The notes below the pieces were generated by a model. The model was not told the origin of the DNA. It did no database searches and saw nothing but the letters and a program-made list of their open reading frames with translations. From NCBI GenBank assembly GCA_964594395.1, contig CAZQLW010000005.1:1-39985 (forward strand): a stretch of 39,985 bases of DNA, written 5' to 3'. Numbering within the stretch: the stretch's first letter is position 1; each line of letters opens with the position of its first letter. Positions 28,739-37,760 of the stretch are shown here, one piece after another. The position numbers and the translations under genes are program-made. The stretch comes from an uncultured Methanosarcinales archaeon (GTDB lineage Archaea > Nanobdellota > Nanobdellia > Woesearchaeales > GW2011-AR9).

Positions 28739-29557
28739 TTGGCTAAGCGAGTTGAATCACCATCATCAATTAATACATTTAAACAGTGTAAACGAAAATA
28801 TTATTATAGTTATATAGAAAAACTTCCTACCGTTCCTAACATTCATCAAGTTCGGGGAAATATTGCTCATTCTACGTTAGAACATTTCTATGATATTGAT
28901 GTAAGTAAATTCAATTTAGAAAATTATGAAATTGAATACAAAAAAGTTGTTCAGAAACTTTTATTGTTTCAATGGAACAAGTACCAACCTAAACTTGATG
29001 GACTTGGTCTTAATCAAGATAAACTTAAATTTTATTTTGAAGAAACAATGTTGATGGTCATGAATTGGTGCAATCATTTCTTGAAAGACATTAAATCTAT
29101 GGTTGAAAAAGAAAATATTTCTATCCCTGAAGCGTTCATGAAACTTACTCCGATCAGAGAACAGAAATATGCTTCTGAGAAATATTCTATTCGCGGTTTT
29201 ATTGACGCTATTCACCATTGTGGTGATGAAATACATATTCTTGATTATAAAACTAATTCTCGGTTTGATATGAAAGATGCAATCAAACTACAGTTAGCAA
29301 TTTATTCGTTGCTGTACCAAGAAAAGAGAGGAGTTTTACCTCATAAAGTAGGGATTTTCTTTTTACGACATAAATCAAAGTATCTTAATGTTGAACCAGA
29401 AATGATTGAATTAGCAAAAAGAGAAATTAATGCTATTCATGCTCATACTTCTAGCACCGAAAAGATTGAAGATTATGAAAGAACTATTACTCCGTTATGT
29501 AAATGGTCCACTGGCAAATGTGATTACTACGATACATGTAAACCTCATGATGATTAA
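28739..29557 (+). CDS. Stand-alone PD-(D/E)xK nuclease, RecB/Cas4-like, probable Fe-S cluster; TTG start
   Basis: SPSSINTFKQC, GNIAH, RGFIDAI..DYKT, QLAIY, three C-terminal Cys. Confidence 0.85.
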   Translation: MAKRVESPSSINTFKQCKRKYYYSYIEKLPTVPNIHQVRGNIAHSTLEHFYDIDVSKFNLENYEIEYKKVVQKLLLFQWNKYQPKLDGLGLNQDKLKFYFEETMLMVMNWCNHFLKDIKSMVEKENISIPEAFMKLTPIREQKYASEKYSIRGFIDAIHHCGDEIHILDYKTNSRFDMKDAIKLQLAIYSLLYQEKRGVLPHKVGIFFLRHKSKYLNVEPEMIELAKREINAIHAHTSSTEKIEDYERTITPLCKWSTGKCDYYDTCKPHDD

Positions 29558-29558
29558 A

Positions 29559-30224
29559 TCATGATCTTTGAGTGGCTTTAAGAACAAATGAAGATGAAGC
29601 TGTTTCTGGAATCTTTAAAGGTTGATTTAACAATTCAAATGAAAAATTATGTTGATTGAATGCTTGTTGATAACTTTCTAAAATGATTTTAGGATCGTTG
29701 TTTCCATAAATTGTTTGTATTAAAATAATATTTTCACTGATGTGACAAATTCTTTCAAGCATTTCAGAGTTTACAGAAGTTCTTTTTTTGTTTATGACAT
29801 GTCTGCCAATAAGTGCTTCATGTTTATTTTCGTACTGGAAAACTTCTTCTTGTTGAAATATATTTTCATTAAGATTGTTATCTTTTGCTCTTTGTTTTGC
29901 TTTTTCTATTGCTAATTGGTTAATGTCAATTCCTTTGTAAGTACCATTATGGTCACTAGCAATATAAGAACCAAAAATACCTGATTGACAACAGGGTTCA
30001 AATAAATCTTGAAATTCTTTTACTGCTGAAGAGATTACTGAAAAGAGTCTTTTATTAGGATAAAAATTGATACATTCAAAAAACTCGTCTAAATTAGTTT
30101 TATAATATTCATTATAATAAATATCATCATCTACAATTTCAGTTATACGAACATATTCCGGAGTAATGTCATAAAGACCTTTTGGAATAATTCCATTTTC
30201 TTTGAAGTAATCTGTTATTTCCAT
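29559..30224 (-). CDS. Putative class I SAM-dependent methyltransferase
   Basis: Degenerate motif I FEPCCQSGIFG followed by GIDIN. Confidence 0.65.
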   Translation of the reverse strand: MEITDYFKENGIIPKGLYDITPEYVRITEIVDDDIYYNEYYKTNLDEFFECINFYPNKRLFSVISSAVKEFQDLFEPCCQSGIFGSYIASDHNGTYKGIDINQLAIEKAKQRAKDNNLNENIFQQEEVFQYENKHEALIGRHVINKKRTSVNSEMLERICHISENIILIQTIYGNNDPKIILESYQQAFNQHNFSFELLNQPLKIPETASSSFVLKATQRS

Positions 30225-30318
30225 GAAATATATTGGAAAGTAAGTGATTTATAAAATTTTCTGTAAGTTTCCCCTGTTTAGTAGTAATTAGTGAAAAGAA
30301 AATAAAAAAAAGAAAAAT

Positions 30319-31203
30319 CTAACCGCTTAGCCCCATCATACTCATTCTAATTATTTCTTGATACAGGCCAACATGTTCTAAAACAAATGTTTCTACTAAT
30401 GCTCCTAAAAGAAGGAATACTAATGCAAAAAATAGTAAATACAAATTGAAATAGAATACTTCAAAGAACCGTTCCGAGGCAAATTTTTCCAAGATCACAT
30501 CTTTAGATATTACCGATCCCGATATGGCGGCGAGGAAATAAGATAGGCCTTCAATAATCATGTGTGGGAAAACTATTAACATAATTAGTCCAAATAAGTA
30601 GAACGGGTTTTGGCCAGAAAATTGAGCGGCACCTTTAGCAGTTAAACCAAATATTGTTCCCCAGACCGAGGCGTTCCAAGTTATCAGGAATATTGCTCCA
30701 TCGCCTGTCAGAAGGGCCATAATAAAACAAGCTAACATTACTAAAAAATTGTTACTTAACAAATCTAAAAATAAATCTGTAGAAAACATTCCACCAGCAA
30801 CTGCTTGACCAGCAAAACCTTGTCCTAACCTAATTTCTAATTGTTCTCTGAACAAAGTGTTAGCTTGCATTTGTGGTAATACCATTGTTCCAATAGAATA
30901 TACTAACAAAATACCTAAAAATAAAAATATATAAATTTTTATCACGCCAAGATCATCTTTCCATAAATTTCTGAAACTGACCTTCTTTTCCATACTTTCT
31001 TGTCTTTCTTCTATGGAAAATATTTTGTACAGTTCGGGTAAAAGTAAGAGCGAAGTAAACGCTACTGCTACCAACGCTGGATCACCCGGAAAAAGTACGG
31101 ATGCAATAAGTATTCCTATCATTGAATAAAGTATACCTAGAAAGAAAGCGTACCTACCTTTCTTTTCTAACCAATCTTCAGGAAAAATATGTTCTAAAAC
31201 CAT
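30319..31203 (-). CDS. SpoIIM/DUF95-like membrane protein
   Basis: Multi-TM; NN motif, WNASVWG, FPHMIIE, ALVET. Confidence 0.8.
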   Translation of the reverse strand: MVLEHIFPEDWLEKKGRYAFFLGILYSMIGILIASVLFPGDPALVAVAFTSLLLLPELYKIFSIEERQESMEKKVSFRNLWKDDLGVIKIYIFLFLGILLVYSIGTMVLPQMQANTLFREQLEIRLGQGFAGQAVAGGMFSTDLFLDLLSNNFLVMLACFIMALLTGDGAIFLITWNASVWGTIFGLTAKGAAQFSGQNPFYLFGLIMLIVFPHMIIEGLSYFLAAISGSVISKDVILEKFASERFFEVFYFNLYLLFFALVFLLLGALVETFVLEHVGLYQEIIRMSMMGLSG

Positions 31204-31345
31204 AATATGATCACCTCTTTTTTTGTTAAGGAAGTAGTTTTTGTTTATATATCTTTTCGTTAATTAAATAAACATTATCGGAGAACACTTGATTTTTTAT
31301 AAGTAATCCGTAATATTTTTAAAGTATGCCTGTTAATAAAGTAGG

Positions 31346-32206
31346 ATGATCAAGAATCAAGTTAAAACGGTTATACTTTTAACCTTATTAGCAGTATTAT
31401 TAATTTTTATTGGCAGATTAGTTGGTGGACCAACAGGAATGTTGATTGGTTTAGTTTTTGCTTTAGGGATAAACTTTGTATCGTACTGGTGGTCGGACAA
31501 AATTGTTCTTAAAATTTATCGAGCAAAGGAAGCTGACCAAAATGAATATTCTAATCTTTATACAATGATGAAAGAAATTGTTCATGCAGCAAAATTACCA
31601 ATGCCAAAACTTTACATTATTAATATACCACAAGCTAACGCTTTTGCTACTGGTCGTAATTATAAACATTCAGCAGTAGCAGTTTCTACAGGTATTTTAG
31701 AAGTACTTAACGATAACGAACTGAAAGGAGTTCTTGCCCATGAAGTTAGTCACATAAAAAACAGAGACGTTCTTATCGGAACAGTAGCGGCAACAATTGC
31801 AGCAGTAATTTCTTATGTAGCAATGATGGCTCGATGGGCAGCAATCTTTGGTGGTGTTGGTGGCAGAGACAGAAACGGTGGCGGTTTGTTAGAACTATTA
31901 GTGTTAGCTGTTGTTGCACCAATCATGGCAATGATAATTCAGTTTGCTATTTCTAGAAGTAGAGAATACCTTGCTGATGAAACCGGGGCAAAGTTGGTAA
32001 AAGACCCTTACAGTTTAGCTTCTGCTTTAGAAAAAATTCATAAAAATGTTTCTCATCATCCGTTAAGAAAACAAGGTACAACTGATGCTACTGCCCACAT
32101 GTTTATTTCTAATCCTTTCCGGGGAAAGAATTTGTTGAACTTGTTCTCAACTCATCCACCAATGGAAAAGAGAGTGAAAAAACTTCGAGCAATGAGAAGT
32201 TTCTAA
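31346..32206 (+). CDS. htpX: Zinc metalloprotease HtpX (M48)
   Basis: NAFATG, HEVSH, SRSREYLAD, FSTHPP. Confidence 0.96.
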   Translation: MIKNQVKTVILLTLLAVLLIFIGRLVGGPTGMLIGLVFALGINFVSYWWSDKIVLKIYRAKEADQNEYSNLYTMMKEIVHAAKLPMPKLYIINIPQANAFATGRNYKHSAVAVSTGILEVLNDNELKGVLAHEVSHIKNRDVLIGTVAATIAAVISYVAMMARWAAIFGGVGGRDRNGGGLLELLVLAVVAPIMAMIIQFAISRSREYLADETGAKLVKDPYSLASALEKIHKNVSHHPLRKQGTTDATAHMFISNPFRGKNLLNLFSTHPPMEKRVKKLRAMRSF

Positions 32207-32278
32207 AAAATCAAGAATTTTTCAACTTTATTCACTTTACTCAAAAACTTTTTAAATACGCTTAGTTTCTAGATAATT

Positions 32279-32338
32279 AACCCCAACGTTGCACTTCCTT
32301 TGTGAGACTATGATCAAAGGCGTTATGCGTTGGGTTCA
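32279..32338 (+). ncRNA. Candidate ~60-nt hairpin small RNA
   Basis: BRE-TATA at 32244-32258, GC-rich two-stem hairpin, oligo-T tract after it, no ORF. Confidence 0.45.
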
Positions 32339-32371
32339 TTTTTCTTTTAGAATTTTATAAATTTGATTTTT

Positions 32372-33724
32372 TTACAATTCTAGATCTTTCAACTTTTTTA
32401 TTGTATCACTAGTCTGTCCTTTACGTTCTCTGATAGCTGTTGGACTTCCACCACCGTGCCAAGTAAAACGTGGTCGCATCTGGACTGGAAACAACCTTTC
32501 GTTAGCGTCATCAAAAAGTACTGCCGCGCCTTTCAATCTTGGTAATCCGTTAATCTCTTCATCTAATCCGGAACGCATATAACTTTGCATTAACATTCCT
32601 AGAGCTTCAGTATCCATCTTTGCAGTAAGACGATGAGCAATAACCGTATCAGACTGAGTCATGACATCGGTATGGATTTTTGCTGGCTGTTGTGTTGCTA
32701 GGATTAAACTGATCCCTGGCTGACGACCTTCACGAAGAATAGTAATCAAAGCATCTGAAGCAGCAGTTTTACCTTCATGGGGAAGAGCTTCGTGCGCTTC
32801 GTCAATCGCTACCCAGACTAAAGGTTCTTCCATTTTTTCTTTAACATCTTTTGAGAAGTAATGCATCGCTGCGTCCACAGATTTAAACTCTTCACTTTTT
32901 CTGGCTAACATTCGTTGCTGGAATAAACTTCTACAAATAATTCCGATAACTAAATTTTTTATTTCCCAACCAGAAGCCATTGTAGCGTAAGGACTTACGT
33001 CTAAAACTGTAACTTGGCCACCAGCAACAATATCTTTTAGTTCTGTCCCCTCTTTAGAAAAGATTTGCCAGCCTTTAGCTTTCTCAAATTCGTTCATGAC
33101 AACGCTAATGGTTACTCTATCACTTTCTGAATCATTTTTAACAACTTCCATTAATTGGTCTAAATCGTAACTTTCTTCTTTTTTGTTAAGAATTTGGACA
33201 GATTTAGTGATTAAAACTCCTGCAGCTGAGTTTGGATCCAGATTGAATGAGGTACACCAATCATTAGGTGAAACTTCTATTGGTCTTAACGAAAATGGAA
33301 AATCTGTTGGAATCCCCTCATCTTTATATTTGTAATAAAATCCGGAGGGAGTATAAATCTTTACATCTAACCCTTTCGTTTCAAAACCCCATTTTTTTAC
33401 TAATTCTGCATCTTGAAAGTTTGGATATTTCATTGTCCAATAAATTCCCATTGTATCTAAAAGGACAATAGAAAGGTTTTGTTTAATTTCTTGCGGTAAG
33501 TCTGCGAGACCTTCCGCGATACTTCCCATGGTGTAAGACTTTCCCGATCCTCTCTTACCTACAATAAAAACTACGTGCGCACCAGCAACATCTAAGTAAA
33601 CAGGATTAGAAAGGGCAGTAGTTTGACCCATTTTAACATACTGTTTTGCAAGAAAAACTGTTCCCCTTTTTCCGTATTTGGCAACATCTTTTTTACTTCT
33701 GCCAATTATAACATCAAACACCAT
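32372..33724 (-). CDS. HerA/FtsK-superfamily ATPase (DUF87-type)
   Basis: Walker A GKRGSGKS, Walker B VAIDEAH, REGR, LATQQP. Confidence 0.88.
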   Translation of the reverse strand: MVFDVIIGRSKKDVAKYGKRGTVFLAKQYVKMGQTTALSNPVYLDVAGAHVVFIVGKRGSGKSYTMGSIAEGLADLPQEIKQNLSIVLLDTMGIYWTMKYPNFQDAELVKKWGFETKGLDVKIYTPSGFYYKYKDEGIPTDFPFSLRPIEVSPNDWCTSFNLDPNSAAGVLITKSVQILNKKEESYDLDQLMEVVKNDSESDRVTISVVMNEFEKAKGWQIFSKEGTELKDIVAGGQVTVLDVSPYATMASGWEIKNLVIGIICRSLFQQRMLARKSEEFKSVDAAMHYFSKDVKEKMEEPLVWVAIDEAHEALPHEGKTAASDALITILREGRQPGISLILATQQPAKIHTDVMTQSDTVIAHRLTAKMDTEALGMLMQSYMRSGLDEEINGLPRLKGAAVLFDDANERLFPVQMRPRFTWHGGGSPTAIRERKGQTSDTIKKLKDLEL

Positions 33725-33797
33725 TAAAGTAGATAAAAACAGATGAGAATAAAAAGATTATGGTTATTTAGCTTTCTTTTTGGTTATAAATTGAGTT

Positions 33798-34550
33798 TTA
33801 ATTTACTTTTGCTTTACTTTTTTTGTTCATTAATTTGACATTGATCTCTTTAAATGGATCTGTTTGTTTTGTAGAAATTTTTTGTTGATTTTCTAAATGT
33901 AATAACGGGATAAATGTGTACACTTTATCTCGCTTTTTTGCTTCAGGCGGTAATAACTGTGAGAAAGTAATATTTTTCCTTTCTTTTTTATGGGTATAAT
34001 AAGCAATTTTGTGATACAAGTCACGGATAACTTCCATAATGTCCATCGTTCTTTTAGGAAGATTATACTTCACTGGTTTTTGTTTAGCAAGAATTCTTTT
34101 TCTGCTTTGCATTGCGTTTTGTAGTGCGTTAACTAAATCATGGATAGAAACTTTTCTATCTCTTGGTTGAGGTTGTCTTGGAATTAACGTAAACTGATGT
34201 TTCTCTCTTTTCTTTTTATCAGAAACGTAGCCTAACTCAGAGAAATCAAGTAAATCATCCTCCCACTGATTTTCAGTTTGTTGCATTAATTTATCAAGGT
34301 TAGTAATGTCATGATCTAGAAAGTGAGCAGATTTAATTTTTAACAAAAATGCAGCTGCAAGGAGAACTTTTCCAGATATTTTTAAGTCATGTTCTTGCAT
34401 CTCTTTGATTAAATCAATATATCTTTTTGTAAGTAAACTTAAATTAACATCCCAGGGGTCCATTTGTTCAGTTTTAACAAGATCAAATAGAATTGTTCTC
34501 CAGGTAACGTCCTCTTTTTCAATAAGCAAATCTAATATTTGTTCTTGCAT
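33798..34550 (-). CDS. scpA: Segregation and condensation protein A (kleisin)
   Basis: MDPWDVNLSLLT, GKVLLAAAFLLKIKS, winged-helix FIPLLHL. Confidence 0.88.
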   Translation of the reverse strand: MQEQILDLLIEKEDVTWRTILFDLVKTEQMDPWDVNLSLLTKRYIDLIKEMQEHDLKISGKVLLAAAFLLKIKSAHFLDHDITNLDKLMQQTENQWEDDLLDFSELGYVSDKKKREKHQFTLIPRQPQPRDRKVSIHDLVNALQNAMQSRKRILAKQKPVKYNLPKRTMDIMEVIRDLYHKIAYYTHKKERKNITFSQLLPPEAKKRDKVYTFIPLLHLENQQKISTKQTDPFKEINVKLMNKKSKAKVN

Positions 34551-34652
34551 TGTTGTTTATGAGGAAATTATGGGATTTTATAAGGTTTTGGTTTTTATTG
34601 AGCTTGTTTTTTCCAAAAAGTTAATAAATGGAGTAAATAAAACAACGTTTGT

Positions 34653-34669
34653 GCCCCGGTGGCTTAGTG
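34653..34669 (+). pseudogene. Orphan tRNA 5' fragment (positions 1 to ~17)
   Basis: GCCCCGG-TG-GCTT-AGTG fits acceptor strand, U8, D-stem 5' strand and A14G15; 12/17 identical to the start of the downstream tRNA-Thr; promoter-like AAAAGTTAATAAA at 34616-34628. Confidence 0.7.
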
Positions 34670-34719
34670 TAACCACATTTTTACTTTAAATTATATCATC
34701 ATAAATTGTAATCAATAAA

Positions 34720-35340
34720 ATGATTAATTTGAACTTAAAATCCCCTGAACTTGCCGAATTTATTGGTGTTCTTATTGGAGATGGTTTTATTGGTTCTTAT
34801 GGAAGAACTACAAAAATGATTCAGATAACAGGTCATAAAATAAATGACAAAAAATATTATTATCAATATCTTAATCCCTTAATTAATAATATATTTAATA
34901 CGAAAACACACATTTATGAACAAGAAAATGGTCTTAGATTAACAATTTATTCTAAAAAGATTTTTGAAACATTAAGAGATCAACTTGATTTTCCTGTGGG
35001 GAAAAAAGGCCAAATTACAATTCCAAAATCTTTAATCGTAACTAATGAATGTAAACTAAGATTGATAAGAGGATTATTTGATACTGATGGGAGCATACAT
35101 CTGCAAAGAAACAAATATCCTGTAATTGCTATAACCACAACCAGTGAAAAATTAGCTAAACAAGTCCAAGATTTATTAAATGAATTTAATTTTGGCGCTT
35201 ATATCTGTAAAAGTAAAGGCAAGATTAGAGATGCTTTTAGGGTAACAATCTTTGGAAAACAGAAAGTTTTAAAATGGAAAGAGTTAATAGGATCTTCAAA
35301 TCCTTATCATATCAAAAGGATTAATGCCTCTGTAGCATAG
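34720..35340 (+). mobile_element. Two-motif LAGLIDADG homing endonuclease gene overlapping the tRNA-Thr 5' end
   Basis: LAEFIGVLIGDG and LIRGLFDTDG; no intein splicing residues; last 15 nt are tRNA positions 1-15. Confidence 0.88.
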
Positions 35341-35443
35341 TAGCTATTGCGTCAGCCTTGTAAAATCGAACTGAGTGAGATTTGCTCAGAAATCTTTGAT
35401 TTCAGACAGCTGAAGGTCGTGGGTGCAATTCCCACCAGGGGCT
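35326..35443 (+). tRNA. tRNA-Thr(UGU) with 45-nt intron at 37/38
   Basis: Acceptor GCCTCTG/CAGGGGC-T, anticodon stem TCAGC/GCTGA with TGT at 35359-35361, T arm GTGGG-TGCAATT-CCCAC; intron 35363-35407 forms a near-canonical BHB. Confidence 0.88.
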
Positions 35444-35455
35444 CTTTCTTTTAAT

Positions 35456-36262
35456 TTATACTAAAACACTAATCACTCTTGATGATAAACTATACATATT
35501 TTCTAATAAAGAACCGAGAATTGCATTATTATTTTTCTTAAGAAGTTTTTTTCTCTTTTCAAAGATTTCTTCAAAAGCTTTTGTGGCTAGTGATAAATCT
35601 TTTTTTAGATAAGCTGTATTGATTTTGTCAAATAATTCTTTGGTTTCTGTATTACTTTTTTCAAGGAATGTTAAAGAGCCAGATACTTTCTTCAACATTA
35701 AAATTAGGGAACTGTATTCATAAGTCTTATCTTTACCAAAATTAGTTGTAAAAACTAACCTTTGGCAATAATTACCTATTTTTAACACAGATTTTCTTAA
35801 TTCTAATATTTCCTCCTTTTCACCGGTTTTAGAGAACATATATTTTATTGTTGTAAATAATTTGTTAATAATTTTATCAACATCTTCAAATTTTTCTGTT
35901 GATGTATTTTGGATAATAATACTTTTATCAGATTGTTCAGTAATTATCAAACCTATATAACTGTCTATTAGACGATTAATCATGACAAAGGAAAATTTCT
36001 TTTTTGTTGTTAGTTTAATTTTGTTATAGCCTTGCCAGTAAACTGAGGATAAAGCAATTCTTAATGAAGAAGAGTTCATATCAGTAGCGTTGATAGTAAT
36101 AACTTTGTCTTTGAGGATGGTTTCTGGGGTTAAAATTAAATTGTTACCATCTTCATTAACTGAAACTTCATCGCCCGGTTTTAGATGTAAACGATCAACC
36201 CATTTTTTAGGAACATACATAGTTAATCCAGTTCCACCTTGTTTGATTAGTTTTCTGTTCAT
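35456..36262 (-). CDS. AbrB-domain, PhoU-like archaeal regulator
   Basis: RKLIKQGGTGLTMYVPKKWV...LKPGDEV swapped-hairpin domain, YWQGYNKI, helical C-terminus. Confidence 0.8.
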   Translation of the reverse strand: MNRKLIKQGGTGLTMYVPKKWVDRLHLKPGDEVSVNEDGNNLILTPETILKDKVITINATDMNSSSLRIALSSVYWQGYNKIKLTTKKKFSFVMINRLIDSYIGLIITEQSDKSIIIQNTSTEKFEDVDKIINKLFTTIKYMFSKTGEKEEILELRKSVLKIGNYCQRLVFTTNFGKDKTYEYSSLILMLKKVSGSLTFLEKSNTETKELFDKINTAYLKKDLSLATKAFEEIFEKRKKLLKKNNNAILGSLLENMYSLSSRVISVLV

Positions 36263-36389
36263 GTGTTGTTTTTGTTTTATTGTTATTTAAACTTTTCTAT
36301 TTTAATATCTAAGATATGGAAGATAGTGAAAAGATAGTTAAACTAATTACGTTACTACTGACGTATAACAAACAAAGGAGTAAACTAAA

Positions 36390-36674
36390 ATGAAAAAAAT
36401 GATTTTAACCGGACTTGCTGCTTTATTACTAGGTGGCTGTGCAACTACATTAAAACCAGAAATTAAAAAAGTTAACAATGGTATTTTTGCAAGATATTGT
36501 ACTGACATGGGAGATGTTTCTACAAAAAGAGATATTTCAGAACATCAAGCAAAAGCAATGATCGCAGATTATCTTACTGAAGGTAAAGGTGGAACTGTAG
36601 ACATTTCAGGAACAATGACCAGATACAAAAGACAAGGAGACGAAATATGTGCTGAGGTGTATTTGAAAAAATGA
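36390..36674 (+). CDS. Small putative lipoprotein
   Basis: MKKMILTGLAALLLGGC lipobox; GGAG SD. Confidence 0.8.
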   Translation: MKKMILTGLAALLLGGCATTLKPEIKKVNNGIFARYCTDMGDVSTKRDISEHQAKAMIADYLTEGKGGTVDISGTMTRYKRQGDEICAEVYLKK

Positions 36675-37060
36675 CATTATTAAAAATATTAAAAGTTGAA
36701 AATGTTGAAGGAGATTATTCATTCTTAGCTAAGCATCCAAATTCAAGCCCAGAAAATTATGCTTATGGGATATTTAGTGAAATTGATACAGAAAATGAAT
36801 CAAATTCTTTTGCAAGATTAAGACAAGAATCGCCATTGTTTAGTTTGTCCTCGCAAATGGGGTCTTACATTAAAAATCAGGGACTTGAGAAACAAGTAGT
36901 TGCAGTTGTAAATAAAAACGATAAAGATTACATTTCTGGTGATAGTATCTATTTTTTTAATAAGGATCAAACAGAATTATTCTCTGCTAAAGTAGAATCA
37001 TTAGTTTATCCACAATATGCAATTATGAAAAGATTTAATGAAAATTTAAAATCAGAATAA
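36671..37060 (+). CDS. Hypothetical protein without signal peptide
   Basis: ATGA-coupled ORF within the operon. Confidence 0.7.
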   Translation: MTLLKILKVENVEGDYSFLAKHPNSSPENYAYGIFSEIDTENESNSFARLRQESPLFSLSSQMGSYIKNQGLEKQVVAVVNKNDKDYISGDSIYFFNKDQTELFSAKVESLVYPQYAIMKRFNENLKSE

Positions 37061-37073
37061 AGGTGAAACTAAA

Positions 37074-37508
37074 ATGAAATATATGAAAATGATAGTACCG
37101 GTTGTTGCATCAGCTATAACAGCTTTGAGCGGAACTGCTTGTGTAACTGCTGGTTTAGAGAAAACAATGAGCGGAAATGATTCTTATAATCATTCTGTTC
37201 AGGATAGTGAAATGCAACCTTGGCAAGAGATGGCTCAAGAAGCAATTTCTTTATACGGTCAGAACGGAAAAATTAGTGAATCACATGCCTGTTTCTATTT
37301 ACAAGGAAAAGCTGCTGAACAATCTCCATTCAAAAATACTGATGAAATAAAAGCTATGATGGAATCAGTAGGAGTTGCTAGGAAATGTATGTCTGAACGT
37401 GATTTGATTTCTGGTGATGGGTTTGTAGATTCTGGAAAAAAATTAGATAATCTTGCAACCGCTGAATTGATTAGACACTATTGGAAAGCTAGCGAATTTA
37501 TGGATTAA
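37074..37508 (+). CDS. Putative secreted protein or lipoprotein
   Basis: Basic N-terminus, hydrophobic core, SGTAC; AGGTGA SD. Confidence 0.72.
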   Translation: MKYMKMIVPVVASAITALSGTACVTAGLEKTMSGNDSYNHSVQDSEMQPWQEMAQEAISLYGQNGKISESHACFYLQGKAAEQSPFKNTDEIKAMMESVGVARKCMSERDLISGDGFVDSGKKLDNLATAELIRHYWKASEFMD

Positions 37509-37512
37509 GAAA

Positions 37513-37740
37513 ATGTCATTAGTTGATACAATAAAAAAAATGTCTTTGATTATTGCAGTTCCGGCTTTAATGGCTGGTTGTGGTGGAAATCTTAGTGCTT
37601 CTTTCGGAGGCATGGGTTTTCGTTATAACCAAAAGAAAGAATGCCATTATCATTGTAATGAAAAACAATGTCACCCGCACGATGGTTGGCATAGTCACAA
37701 TAACACTTGTAATAGTTATCACCAACGAAAGAGTTGGTAA
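37513..37740 (+). CDS. Small His/Cys-rich putative lipoprotein
   Basis: LMAGC lipobox; CHYHC..CHPH..HSH. Confidence 0.75.
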   Translation: MSLVDTIKKMSLIIAVPALMAGCGGNLSASFGGMGFRYNQKKECHYHCNEKQCHPHDGWHSHNNTCNSYHQRKSW

Positions 37741-37760
37741 TATTTGGAGGTAAAAATAAA

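Noticed and set aside
28739-29557. Cas4-like nuclease as sign of a CRISPR-Cas locus
   Set aside because: No repeat-spacer array or other cas genes in the window; solo Cas4/RecB-like nucleases are common in archaea
21563-35407. Apparent intron swap: Thr intron TCAG matches the Ile anticodon loop and Ile intron AAAG fits Thr better
   Set aside because: Only 4-nt matches, two positions of which are fixed by C32-U33; easily chance
34653-35443. LAGLIDADG ORF as a conventional BHB tRNA intron
   Set aside because: The spliced product would have acceptor and D-stem mismatches, I found no BHB joining the two ends, and the downstream tRNA is complete by itself
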